A stretch of 64,000 nt of DNA from an uncultured Verrucomicrobiae bacterium (GCA_963707025.1 CAVPOM010000006.1:448001-512000); one strand, 5' to 3'; numbered from the stretch's first letter, positions 33,782 to 43,921 are shown. Translations and numbers: made by a program. The notes: generated by a model not told the origin, from the letters alone.

Positions 33782-34554
33782 GGCAGCGGGCTGGTGATAT
33801 TGGTGCTCATCTGGACATCCACCGGAATGACCAGTTCGTATAATTTGGGCGCAACCGCTCCCCGGCCATAGCCTTGCGGGGCCATCTCGATTTGCATCTT
33901 GATGGCGTTGGGCAAATTGGTTTGCTGGATGGAATCCCAGCTCTGGTCCCAGGAGGTGCCATCGTAGTAGGTGAAGATGACATTTTGCACGCCGTTTAAA
34001 AGGGTGCGCTTCTGGTCCGGTTGGGGCGGGCCGCTGATCTGCAGGAGGTTGCGCGTGACGGCGCGGACCAGGTCCATGCCGGCGTAGAGGCGGTTGGTCG
34101 GGGGCTGAAGCAAATAATCAATCTTCTCGACATCCCCCCACGGGACCAGGCCGTCGGGTTCGCCGCTGGTGGTGTAGAAGTCGGGGCCGACCTGGAAGGG
34201 CAGGACGTTGGTTTGGTTGATGGATTGGAAGGGGCCGACGAGGAGGCCGCCATTGGTGGAATTATTGCAGACCAGGCTGGCCAGATCGCGCTGGATGCCG
34301 GTCAGGACCTGCTCCACCGGCATGCTTTGCTCCAGGGATTCGGTCACGCCGTTGTTCAAGCGGAAGGCGATGTAGAGGACGCTGCTCATGGCGGCCAGAA
34401 TCAGGGACATGATGGAAATGGCCAGGATCAACTCAATGAGGGTGAAGGCGGAGGCAGGGCGGGCGCTCCGCTGGCCACCGCGGCGCGCATGGAGAGCGCG
34501 CCCAACCAGCCGGGGCCGGCAGGTTGTCTGAGAAGATGGCGGGGCGGTTTTCAT
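33778..34554 (-). CDS. gspJ: T2SS minor pseudopilin GspJ
   Basis: AFTLIELILAI; FTYYDGTSWDQSWD...LPNAIK. Confidence 0.85.
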   Translation of the reverse strand: MKTAPPSSQTTCRPRLVGRALHARRGGQRSARPASAFTLIELILAISIMSLILAAMSSVLYIAFRLNNGVTESLEQSMPVEQVLTGIQRDLASLVCNNSTNGGLLVGPFQSINQTNVLPFQVGPDFYTTSGEPDGLVPWGDVEKIDYLLQPPTNRLYAGMDLVRAVTRNLLQISGPPQPDQKRTLLNGVQNVIFTYYDGTSWDQSWDSIQQTNLPNAIKMQIEMAPQGYGRGAVAPKLYELVIPVDVQMSTNITSPLP

Positions 34555-34967
34555 TGTGTCGCCGGGGGCACCAGGGTGCTCAGTTGGACGTTGCAATGGC
34601 GGCCGGCCACGTTGTAGGCCACCGTGATGGTGGCCAGATACATGCGGCTGAGGGGGTCGGTGGTCCAGAATTCGCTGGATTGGGACCAGGTGTAGGAAAC
34701 GCCGTCTTCAGAGACGACACCGCGTTGTCCGCCGTTTTGCAACAAGTTTTCGACGCGCAGATCATTGATGATTTTGGTGGCCAGGCGGGCGGCCACCAGC
34801 TTGCGCTGGCCGGCCTCGCCGGCCATGCTGGCCACCCGCATGGCGCTCAGAGCGACCGGAATGACGACGACCATGAAGAGCGTCGCCACCAGCACCTCCA
34901 CCAGGGTGAAGGCACCGCGGCCGCGCTTAGTAGCGCGTGGATCTGGAATGGTTGAGCTCAATTTCAT
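34551..34967 (-). CDS. gspI: T2SS minor pseudopilin GspI-like
   Basis: AFTLVEVLVA prepilin motif; size and position. Confidence 0.75.
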   Translation of the reverse strand: MKLSSTIPDPRATKRGRGAFTLVEVLVATLFMVVVIPVALSAMRVASMAGEAGQRKLVAARLATKIINDLRVENLLQNGGQRGVVSEDGVSYTWSQSSEFWTTDPLSRMYLATITVAYNVAGRHCNVQLSTLVPPATQ

Positions 34968-35502
34968 ATCTCATGTGATTGGGATTCTGCACGATCCAGA
35001 TTTCCGGATCCTGTCCCTGGCGGAACCTGATGGTTTGGGGGCTGGTCTCGCTGATAAAGCCGTCGGGCTGAAAGCGGATGATGGGCAGGCTGGCGCCGCG
35101 CATGGCCGACGGGGTCCAAAAGTTGGACTGGGTCAGCGTCCCGTAGGACTGCGAGACCATGATTTGCACATTGTTGTCCGCCATAAACCAGGAAACATTG
35201 GTCTTGGTTTCGGTATAGCCGCCGACGGCGGCCAGCCAGTATTTGTTTTGTTTGATGTTGATCCCCAGATCCACGGGCTGCCCTTCGGACACGGCGCGGC
35301 TGGAGCCGAAACGGGTCAAGGACAGGAATCGCCGCGCCTCGTTTTCCAGGTTTTGCCCCTGCAAGAACGATTTGAAGGAGGGCGCGGCCACGCCGACGGC
35401 AATGACCATGATGGTCATGACGATCACCAACTCCACCATGGTGAAGGCGGCGCATGGCCCGGCCTTACTGCGCGTTGGCGGATGTCCAGTTGCCAATCGC
35501 AT
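34927..35502 (-). CDS. gspH: T2SS minor pseudopilin GspH/FimT-like
   Basis: AFTMVELVIV, IRFQPDG; GAGGAGG ribosome-binding site before ATG 35502. Confidence 0.8.
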   Translation of the reverse strand: MRLATGHPPTRSKAGPCAAFTMVELVIVMTIMVIAVGVAAPSFKSFLQGQNLENEARRFLSLTRFGSSRAVSEGQPVDLGINIKQNKYWLAAVGGYTETKTNVSWFMADNNVQIMVSQSYGTLTQSNFWTPSAMRGASLPIIRFQPDGFISETSPQTIRFRQGQDPEIWIVQNPNHMRYEIELNHSRSTRY

Positions 35503-35929
35503 CGTTGCCTCCTCTTCCGTCGGGTCCGAGGGAATAAACATCGTAACCATCCTGATTGTGCTTGCCGGGGTATTCATAGACATAAGGCCGGTTCCAAGGG
35601 TCATTGGGAACCTTGTCCACATCCAAAAACTTGCGCCACTTGTTCGAGGCCCCGCTGGGCTTGAAAACCAAGGCGCTCAAACCGGATCCCCTCGGTGGAT
35701 AACTGCCCATTTCGATTTCATACATGGACAGCGCGGTCTTGAAGTTGGAGATGTCGGTGGCCACGGCGGCCCGGCGGGCCTTGTCGCCGACCCCGCTGAA
35801 CTTGGGCAACACGATCCCGGCCAGAATCGCCAGAATGGTCAGGACGAGCAACAGTTCCACCAGGGTGAAGCCGCGCCGGCGCCAGCGATCGGCCCGGCCG
35901 GTTTTTGAAGTGAGGTGTGTTATTTTCAT
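35465..35929 (-). CDS. gspG: T2SS major pseudopilin GspG
   Basis: GFTLVELLLV, DPWNRPYVYEYPG, YSLGPDG..G..DAIGNW. Confidence 0.93.
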   Translation of the reverse strand: MKITHLTSKTGRADRWRRRGFTLVELLLVLTILAILAGIVLPKFSGVGDKARRAAVATDISNFKTALSMYEIEMGSYPPRGSGLSALVFKPSGASNKWRKFLDVDKVPNDPWNRPYVYEYPGKHNQDGYDVYSLGPDGRGGNDAIGNWTSANAQ

Positions 35930-35948
35930 AAAGCGTCCTTTCGATTGG

Positions 35949-37217
35949 TTATTTGATGTATTCCTGCAAACTGAAAATGGGAATGAGCATGCCGATAAAA
36001 ATCGTGCCGACAAAGGCCGCGATGCAAAAGAGCAGGGCCGGCTCGGCCAGGGCCACCGCCGTCTTCAGGTTCCGATCCAGGTCCGCCTCCGTGACCACGG
36101 CGATGCGGACCAATTCGGCGTCGAGCTTGCCGCTTTCCTCGCCCACGGAAATCATTTCCAGGACCGAACCGGGGAAGAGGTTGCGGCAATCCGACAGGCT
36201 GGTGCCCAGTTGCGCGCCTTCCTTGACCCGCTCGATGGAATTGGAAACGGCATCCACCAGAATCTGGTTGCCGATGGATTTGCGGGCCACGTTGAGGGCC
36301 TGCACCAGGGGCACGCCGGCGTTGAGCAGCGTGCCGAGCATGCGGCAGAAGCGCGCCATGGCGAACTGGCTGGTGAGAGGGCCGAGGACGGGCAATTTGA
36401 GGAGCAGGCCTTCCCATTTGCGCTTGCCGTCTTCTGATTTGACCCAGCGCCGCACCGAGAAGACGATGATGACAATGCCGGCCAGCATGTAGAGTCCGTA
36501 GGAGCGGATGGCATGGCTGACACCCACAATGATGCGCGTGATCAGGGGCAACTGGGCGTTAAACCCCTCGAACATCTTTTGGAAACGCGGAATAAAGAAG
36601 GTCATCAAGAAAATCAGCACACAAATGGCCAGAAACAACAAAACTGCCGGATACAGCACCGCCGCCATCACCTTGCCGCGCAAATCCCTTTCCCGCACCT
36701 GGAAATCGGCAATCTGCGCCAGCACCAGGTCCAAAAATCCGCCGGTCTCGCCCGCCGAGACCATCGCCACATAGACGCGGGGAAAGGTTTCGGGCATGGT
36801 GGCCATGGAGTCGGCCAGCGTCACTCCGTCCACCACCGAATCATAAACGGCCTTCCATTTGGCCTGGGCGACCGGATTGGAGGCTTCCTTGCAAAGAATG
36901 ACCAGCGCGCGGCTCAACGGCACGCCCGCCGCCAGCAAACTGGAAAGGAGCCGGGTGAAGTTTTCCAGCATCCGCGCCGAGACCTTCTTGGATCCCAGAT
37001 TTAAATTCAGCCCCGCGCCCGCGCCCGCCGGGGCGCTGCCCTCGCTGGCGGCGCCTTTGGCGCCGGCGACCTTGGGGGCCGCTCTCTCCGAAAGGCTGAT
37101 CGGCTTGAGTCCCTTTTCCTCCATTTGCCGGAAGGCCTCCTGCCGGCCCCCCGCCTCAATCTGGCCCTCGGCGACCCCGCCGGAGGATTGAAACGCTTTA
37201 TATTGAAAAAGTGGCAT
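35949..37217 (-). CDS. gspF: T2SS inner membrane platform protein GspF
   Basis: Two T2SSF repeats (LLAAGVPL...AGETGGFL; LLNAGVPL...VGEESGKL). Confidence 0.93.
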   Translation of the reverse strand: MPLFQYKAFQSSGGVAEGQIEAGGRQEAFRQMEEKGLKPISLSERAAPKVAGAKGAASEGSAPAGAGAGLNLNLGSKKVSARMLENFTRLLSSLLAAGVPLSRALVILCKEASNPVAQAKWKAVYDSVVDGVTLADSMATMPETFPRVYVAMVSAGETGGFLDLVLAQIADFQVRERDLRGKVMAAVLYPAVLLFLAICVLIFLMTFFIPRFQKMFEGFNAQLPLITRIIVGVSHAIRSYGLYMLAGIVIIVFSVRRWVKSEDGKRKWEGLLLKLPVLGPLTSQFAMARFCRMLGTLLNAGVPLVQALNVARKSIGNQILVDAVSNSIERVKEGAQLGTSLSDCRNLFPGSVLEMISVGEESGKLDAELVRIAVVTEADLDRNLKTAVALAEPALLFCIAAFVGTIFIGMLIPIFSLQEYIK

Positions 37218-37228
37218 GAGGTCTTAAA

Positions 37229-39029
37229 TCAATGTTTGGCCACCAGAATTTTCGGTTTGGCTTCGGCTTCCGAGACGACATCTATGTCGGGCTTCTCCAC
37301 CACGGCGGGCTTCTTTTCGGGGCCGAACAAAGTCTGGTCCTTGGTCACGCGCATCACTTCTTCGGGGGTGGTGGCGCCTTCGCGCACCAGGCGCCAGCCG
37401 TCGTCGCTCAAGCTCTTCATGCCGTTGCGGACGGCGGCCTCGCGGATGATGACGGCGGAGGAGTTTTTCAAGAGCAGTTCGATAATCTCGTTGTTGATGT
37501 CCATCCACTCGAAGATGGCCTGGCGGCCGTGAAAGCCGATCTGGCGGCATTCCCCGCAGCCGACGGCCTTGTAAAACACCTGGCTCTTGGGATAACCGAA
37601 TCTTTCTTTGAGAACGGAGGCGATATCCGATTTGTCCTCCGTCTTGCAGTGGGGGCAGAGGACGCGGACGAGGCGCTGGGCTAGGACGGCTTCGAGGGAG
37701 GAGGCGACCAGATAAGGCTCGACATGCATGTCCACCAGGCGGTTGAGGGCGCCGGGGGCGTCGTTGGTGTGCAGGGTGGAAAAGACCAAGTGGCCGGTGA
37801 GGGAGGCCTGCACGGCAATCTGGGCCGTTTCCTCGTCGCGAATTTCGCCCACCAGTACCACGTCGGGGTCGTGGCGCAAAATGGAGCGCAGGCCGCGGGC
37901 GAAGGTCAGGCCGGCCTTTTCGTTGACTTGAATCTGGTTGACCCCCTTCATCTGGTACTCGATGGGGTCTTCAATGGTGATGATTTTGGTTTCCAAATCA
38001 TTGATTTCGTTCAGGGCGGTATAAAGGGTGGTGGTTTTGCCGCTGCCGGTGGGCCCGGTGACCAGGATGATGCCATGCGGCAGGGCGAGGATGCGCTTGA
38101 AAGATTTGACTTCGTTAGCGCCCATGCCCAATTCGTTCATGCCCATCAAGGTTCCCTTTTGCCGGAGCAAGCGCAGGACGACCGCTTCGCCGTGGAGCAT
38201 GGGGATGATGGAAACGCGCACGTCCACTTCGTTGTTGGCCAGGCGGAGCTTGATGCGTCCGTCCTGGGGCAGGCGCTTTTCGGCGATGTTGAGATGGCTC
38301 AGAATCTTGATGCGGGAAACGATGGCGGGTTGAAAGCGCTTGAGTTGAGCCTGGCACGGGGACTTCCTGCAACACCCCGTCAATGCGGTAACGGATGCGG
38401 AATTCCTCCTCGAACGGCTCCAGGTGGATGTCGGAAGAGCGCAATTCGATGGCGTCGGTAAAGACCTGGTTGACGAATTTGATGATGGAAGCGTCTTCGG
38501 CGGCGCTTTCCAGGTCGGCATTTTCATCGCCCAACTCGTCCACCACCAGCAGCGGAGCGTCTTCGTCCAGAGTGTCAATGGTGTCGGCGCCGATGCCGAG
38601 GCGGGTTTTCATCTCGCGGCGGATGGCTTCGGCCGGGGCGAGGACGGGCTGGATTTTCAGGCCGGTCAGGGTCTTGAGGGTGTCCAGCCCCTGGGTGGCG
38701 AAGAGGCGGCTGGTGGCCACCTGAACGACGCCGTTGAGGCGCTGCAAGGGGAGCAACTCTTCCTTGAGCAGGACGCGGGCGGGAAAGAGGGAAAGGAGTT
38801 CGCGGTCCGGCTCGATGTTGTCCAAAGTGGTGAAATTCAAGTGGTATTCGCCGGCCAGCCAGCGCAGGACGCTGTCCTCGGACTGAACGAGTTCGGGCTT
38901 GCCCTTGGCGGACTGGGCGGAAAGAATGCTGGCATCGGCCACGGACAATTGTTTGGCTTCGACCATGCGATCCAGCAATTTGGCGGGAGGCGGGTCCGCT
39001 GGAGTTTCGATTTTCTTGCTCTCGTTCAT
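37229..39029 (-). CDS. gspE: T2SS ATPase GspE, frameshifted near 38350
   Basis: SDIHLEP...RYRIDGVL in ORF 38115-39029; [30 protein letters not shown] and Zn-binding CxxC pairs in ORF 37229-38578. Confidence 0.92.
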
Positions 39030-39062
39030 ATTGGCGTTGCTTTGACTTTCGGATTCAGCTCA

Positions 39063-39090
39063 CGGCGGCGCTCGCCTTGGAGCGCCGCCG
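39063..39090. other. Intergenic 11-bp GC-rich hairpin
   Basis: CGGCGGCGCTC-GCCTTG-GAGCGCCGCCG, no U-tract on the minus strand. Confidence 0.65.
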
Positions 39091-39156
39091 GGCTGCTTAA
39101 ACCCACCGGCGGCCCAGGCCGCCGATGCAGATTTTAGTGACTTTGATCACAGGATC

Positions 39157-39708
<552 letters not shown>

Positions 39709-39778
39709 TGGTTTAAGGTTCTGTTCGATTCGGAAGCGTACATTTCCCGCCCCGAATGCGGAACACCTTTTCCCTAAG

Positions 39779-39794
39779 GCAATTAGCGTGCCAA
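39779..39794 (-). promoter_or_regulatory. Sigma54 (-24/-12) promoter
   Basis: TTGGCACGCTAATTGC on the minus strand, matching the TGGCACG-N4-TTGC consensus, about 70 nt upstream of the first operon gene. Confidence 0.88.
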
Positions 39795-39857
39795 GTGGGT
39801 AAAAGGCCGTTTTACCAGCAAAAGACCGTGTTTTTTGCTGAACGCACTGAGATAGAC

Positions 39858-39893
39858 GCGCAAACGTTGCGCGAAGTTGCGCAAAAAGTGCGC
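39858..39893. promoter_or_regulatory. Tandem enhancer (UAS) palindromes
   Basis: GCGCA-AACGT-TGCGC (39858-39872) and GCGCA-AAAAG-TGCGC (39879-39893), 21 bp apart. Confidence 0.7.
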
Positions 39894-40002
39894 GGGAGCA
39901 AGAATGGCGATTTCTAACCGGTGGCACGGCCCCTGGGCCTGAATTAAAAGGGGGGCATTGCAACCGGCCTGTGCCGTTAAGCCGGAACGATGCAATTGGC
40001 AT

Positions 40003-40157
40003 CACGGATGAACGCAGATCAACACGGACAAGACAACGCGATGATGATGCCCTTTCTGTGACGGGATGGAGCCGCCAAATCGTGACCGAAAGGAGAACGG
40101 AGAAAGCCCCTTTTTCAGCGCTTTAGAATCCGAGTCCATGAGTGTTCATCAGCGGTT
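40003..40157. repeat. Degenerate inverted pair of 10-bp CACGGATGAA-type tandem repeats
   Basis: CACGGATGAACGCAGATCAACACGGAC (40003-40029) versus ATCCGAGTCCATGAGTGTTCATCAGCGGTT (40128-40157). Confidence 0.55.
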
Positions 40158-40196
40158 CTCTTCCGCATGGATACGGTCAAGTGGTTGTGGCAGAGT

Positions 40197-40742
40197 TTAT
40201 TCCAACAAGCCATCGTTCAAAAGGATGGCCTCCTGGCGGATGGAGACGACGGCCTGCAGGTCAGCCTGCGCTCTGGCCATCTCGGCTTGTTTCCTTTTGC
40301 GAGCCTCGCGAACCTTGGCCATGGCGGCTTTGACTTCGGCGATGGGGGCATTGTCGTCCAGAGCCTTGGTCAACGCGTCGGCGGCGGGATCCGTGGCGCC
40401 AAAAAGGCCGGCAAAACCGCGCATGCCGCCTCCGCCACCTCTTCCTCCCATCATGCCGCCGCGCATGTTGGCCAGTCCCGCCAGGCCGACTTCGGCCCGC
40501 AATTGCATCACCTTGACCAGTCTTGGGGAGATGACGTTCCATTCATCGTCGTTCGTCACCGCCAGAGTCGGGCGCATGCTCTCGGCCTGCTGTTGCAATA
40601 TGGCGGTGAAATCAAAGCCGCCGCGGCCGCCGCCGCCGCCAAAGCCGCCGCCACCGCCGCCTTGCGCCAGGACGCTGGCGCCGGAAAAAGCCAGAGTGAG
40701 AGCGGTGCCGGTGACGGCCAATAATTGATTAAGTTTCTTCAT
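40197..40742 (-). CDS. Secreted Gly-rich helical protein, Spy/CpxP/ZraP-like (paralogue 2)
   Basis: Signal peptide; shares DxEW..IS, KA.DD.AP.A.VKAA.AKV and RQEA.L with paralogue 1. Confidence 0.7.
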   Translation of the reverse strand: MKKLNQLLAVTGTALTLAFSGASVLAQGGGGGGFGGGGGRGGFDFTAILQQQAESMRPTLAVTNDDEWNVISPRLVKVMQLRAEVGLAGLANMRGGMMGGRGGGGGMRGFAGLFGATDPAADALTKALDDNAPIAEVKAAMAKVREARKRKQAEMARAQADLQAVVSIRQEAILLNDGLLE

Positions 40743-40963
40743 AAGCATCTCCGACTGATTTTTCAGGGTGTTTGTTCAATATGATTGTCAAACAACAGTG
40801 ATCGTGTGTTTTTGAACTTCTTCGATTATACACGGCCTGGACGGTTTGGGAAACAGATAATTCCAGGACCGCATCCACCGATTAATGTCCGCCGAAACCA
40901 AAAACAGAACATCTTTTCTCTCCGCCATTGACCCGGCGGCAATTTCGGCGAAAATAATGGCCG

Positions 40964-41659
40964 ATGGCGTCTTTCTTGAAATTGCAGGATGTCTCCAAAT
41001 CGTATGACTCGGTCTTAAACGCTCCGCCGGTGCGCGTGCTGGAGGCCATCAGCCTGGAAGTCCAGGCGGGTGAGTCGGTGGCCATCGTCGGACCGTCCGG
41101 CTCCGGCAAAAGCACCCTGCTCAACATTATCGGCGCCCTGGATCGTCCAAGCAGCGGGCAGGTTTTTTTCCAGGGCGAGGATTTGGGAAAATGGCAGGAA
41201 CGGGAGTTGGCCGCTTTCCGTCATGGCCGCCTCGGCTTCATCTTTCAGGCGCATCATTTGCTGCCGCAATGCACGGTGTTGGAGAACGTGCTGGTGCCGA
41301 CGCTGGCGGCGCCGCAAAGCGCGGCCGGGCGTCAAAACGCGCTGGCCCGGGGCGGCCGGCTGCTGGAGCGGGTGGGGCTGGGGGCGCGCAAGGATCATCG
41401 CCCCGGCCAGCTTTCCGGCGGAGAACGCCAGCGGGCGGCGGTGGTGCGGGCGTTGATCAATCAACCGCAACTGCTGCTGGCCGATGAACCGACCGGGGCG
41501 CTGGACCGCCCGGCCTCGGAGGGTTTGGCGCGGCTGCTGTTGGAACTGAACAAGGAGGAAAATGTCACCTTGATCCTGGTGACGCACGCGCCGGAGCTGG
41601 CCGAACGGATGCAACGGCGCTGCCGGATTTTGGACGGGCGTCTGGAGCCTCAGAGTTGA
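40964..41659 (+). CDS. ABC transporter ATP-binding protein (LolD-like)
   Basis: GPSGSGKST, LSGGERQR, LLLADEPTGALD, VTH. Confidence 0.92.
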   Translation: MASFLKLQDVSKSYDSVLNAPPVRVLEAISLEVQAGESVAIVGPSGSGKSTLLNIIGALDRPSSGQVFFQGEDLGKWQERELAAFRHGRLGFIFQAHHLLPQCTVLENVLVPTLAAPQSAAGRQNALARGGRLLERVGLGARKDHRPGQLSGGERQRAAVVRALINQPQLLLADEPTGALDRPASEGLARLLLELNKEENVTLILVTHAPELAERMQRRCRILDGRLEPQS

Positions 41660-41937
41660 TCCGCCGCCCCAGGCCCGTCGAAACGCAGCCTTTGGTGCTC
41701 GTGCAAATGGAATTGCAGCAGCCGCACCCAGACGGCGCTGTCCTCGCCGGGCGGCAGGCCCGCGGCCAGGGCCTGCAATAGCTCCTCGCGCCGGGCCAGG
41801 GAGTCGGGCAGGGTGTTGAGAATATGGGCGACCAACACGGGCAGGACCGGGCGCGGCCCGCCGCCGCGCGGGGGCGGCGGGCCGGGCCGGCCGGGAACGC
41901 CGTGTTTTTCCGGTGGATGTTGCAATGAGGGCTGCAT
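41650..41937 (-). CDS. Small hypothetical protein
   Basis: 95-aa ORF just downstream of a strong promoter-like sequence and divergent from an HTH gene. Confidence 0.55.
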   Translation of the reverse strand: MQPSLQHPPEKHGVPGRPGPPPPRGGGPRPVLPVLVAHILNTLPDSLARREELLQALAAGLPPGEDSAVWVRLLQFHLHEHQRLRFDGPGAADQL

Positions 41938-41940
41938 AAT

Positions 41941-41977
41941 ATGAAGCTACGTTACATGAAGCTACTTCATTTGTCAA
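41941..41977 (-). promoter_or_regulatory. Sigma70 promoter with overlapping operator repeats
   Basis: TTGACA-17nt-TAACGT; spacer holds the palindrome ATGAAG-CTA-CTTCAT; ATGAAGCTAC repeated at 41941 and 41956. Confidence 0.7.
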
Positions 41978-42029
41978 TGGAAAAAGATTGACTGTTTTTG
42001 CCCGGGCCTGTAGTGGCTGCGGGAAAACC

Positions 42030-42470
42030 ATGAAAAGCAGCCTTGCAAAAGGGGTGGAGGGGGCGGACCTGAAGCAGGAATTCCGCGATTTGCTGCAGGC
42101 CTCCGGCTGGTCGCAGGCCGAGGCGGCGCGGCAACTGGCCATGACCCCCAGCGCGCTGAGCCAGATTGTGCGGCCCAACTCCCCGGTGCGGCCCAGCCCG
42201 GTGACGCTGCGGCTGTTCCAGTTGCTGCTCTGGCGGGAAAAACCGCAGGCCTTGCGGGAGGTGGCGCGGCGCAAGGCGCTCTCCGCCGCCGCGCCGTGGG
42301 AACAGGATTTGCTCCGCGATTTGCGGGGAGTTCCCCCAAAAGCCCGGCAATCCATCCTGCGCCAGATGCGCGGCCTGATCGCCGCGGCCAAAAAAAACGC
42401 GCCGGAGAGCCGGCGGGCGGGGATGAGGCGGCAGGAGCGGGGGCGCAGGATTAAGATTGAGATCATTTAA
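42030..42470 (+). CDS. XRE-family helix-turn-helix regulator
   Basis: FRDLLQASGWSQAEAARQLAMTPSALSQIV. Confidence 0.8.
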   Translation: MKSSLAKGVEGADLKQEFRDLLQASGWSQAEAARQLAMTPSALSQIVRPNSPVRPSPVTLRLFQLLLWREKPQALREVARRKALSAAAPWEQDLLRDLRGVPPKARQSILRQMRGLIAAAKKNAPESRRAGMRRQERGRRIKIEII

Positions 42471-42620
42471 GATTTGGAGTAAGATAAGGAGGGGGGTTGG
42501 GAGGGAGCAGCGGTGGCAGGGAAAGGAACGGGGAATTGGCCTTGGGAAACTTATTCACATGGAGAGGGGTGTCCAGGAGGGTGGGTGAAATTATGGGCAC
42601 GCGATGATGGAAAGGGTTTT

Positions 42621-42839
42621 ATGTCGAAGAAAGAACAGTTCCTGGCCTTTGTCTTCGTCGGAGCGATGGTCCAGGACAGCAGCACTGAAAGCAATGATTG
42701 CCCTTTGATTATGCACATGGCCAGCCAGATACCGGAGGAGCGAATCCCCGACAACGTGATGAACGCGGCCAAGGTTTTCCTGGCCTTTTGCAACGGCGTA
42801 TGCAAACGGCCCCATGGCTGGATGCTGGCCACGAAGTGA
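42621..42839 (+). CDS. Small hypothetical protein
   Basis: 72-aa ORF MSKKEQFLAF... with genome-typical codon usage. Confidence 0.55.
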   Translation: MSKKEQFLAFVFVGAMVQDSSTESNDCPLIMHMASQIPEERIPDNVMNAAKVFLAFCNGVCKRPHGWMLATK

Positions 42840-43047
42840 AGGGCCCGGGGGCGGCGGCGGGGACCATCATGGTGGACGAAACGGACATGGCGGACGCGGT
42901 GCATGGAGTTCGCGATGGGCCAGGAAGGCCGGGCGGGCGGCAGGCCGGCCCCCGCGGCGCGCACGGCTGGCCCGCCCTGCCAGCCAGGGCTGACGGACCC
43001 GCAAATTTGTAGTCGCGCGGGGCGGCCTTTGGTATATGGTGGGCGCT

Positions 43048-43293
43048 GTGCAGATTCGCATCTATTTTTTTGCGCGCGGCCGCGACCTGGCCGGTTGCGC
43101 GGAGGCGGTGGAATCCATGCCGCCGGGAAGTTGTGTGCGGGAATTGCTGGAAAATCTCTTCCGCCGCTTTCCCAAACTGGGGGAATTGGGAAAGTCCATG
43201 CGCGTGGCCGTGGGCGTGGACTACCAGAACGGCGACTACCTCCTGCAGGAGGGCGACGAGGTTTCCATCCTGCCTCCCATGCAGGGCGGATAA
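43048..43293 (+). CDS. moaD: Molybdopterin synthase sulfur carrier
   Basis: FFARGRDLAG N-terminus, C-terminal PPMQGG, adjacent to moaE. Confidence 0.88.
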   Translation: MQIRIYFFARGRDLAGCAEAVESMPPGSCVRELLENLFRRFPKLGELGKSMRVAVGVDYQNGDYLLQEGDEVSILPPMQGG

Positions 43294-43305
43294 ACCGGCG
43301 GAGCC

Positions 43306-43698
43306 ATGCAACGCGAGCTGACGATGACGATGGAGCCGATTGATGAGGCGGCCTGGCTGGCGCGACGGGCCATGCGGCGGGAGATGGGGGCGGCGGTTTA
43401 TTTTTCCGGGGTGGTGCGCGGCGAGGAAGGAGGAGAGACCATCGCGGCGATAGAGTACGAGGCGTTCGAGCGGATGGCGCGGCATCAATTTGAGTTGCTC
43501 TTCAAGACGGTGGAGGAGCGCTGGCCCGTCCAATCGGTCCGGGTGGCGCACCGGCTGGGGCGGGTGGGGGCGGGAGAGGCGGCGGTGTGGGTGGAAGTGA
43601 TCGCGCCGCACCGCCAGGAGGCGTTTGCCGCGTGTCAATTTCTGATTGACGAGATGAAACGGCTGGTTCCCATCTGGAAGAAGCCGCTGGCCCAGTGA
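43306..43698 (+). CDS. moaE: Molybdopterin synthase catalytic subunit
   Basis: GAAVYFSGVVR, HRLG, PHRQEAF, PIWK. Confidence 0.92.
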   Translation: MQRELTMTMEPIDEAAWLARRAMRREMGAAVYFSGVVRGEEGGETIAAIEYEAFERMARHQFELLFKTVEERWPVQSVRVAHRLGRVGAGEAAVWVEVIAPHRQEAFAACQFLIDEMKRLVPIWKKPLAQ

Positions 43699-43810
43699 GG
43701 GCGGCGGAGGGAAGATGGAGGATGGAAAAGACTCAGAGGGCACGCCGGCGACGCCTGCGCCGCGCACGGAGGGCGCGCCCTGCCACCCATCACGACTGAC
43801 CTTCCCCTGT

Positions 43811-43897
43811 CCTAATCTTAATCTTAATCTTAATCTTAATCCGGTTGCACCGGAGATCAGGATTAAGATTAAGATTAAGATTAAGATTAGGATTAGG
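43811..43897. repeat. Perfect 32-bp inverted repeat made of TAATCT/AGATTA hexamers
   Basis: Arms 43811-43842 and 43860-43891, 17-nt loop, between convergent genes. Confidence 0.9.
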
Positions 43898-43921
43898 AGG
43901 GGACTGGCCAAAAGGGAGCGG

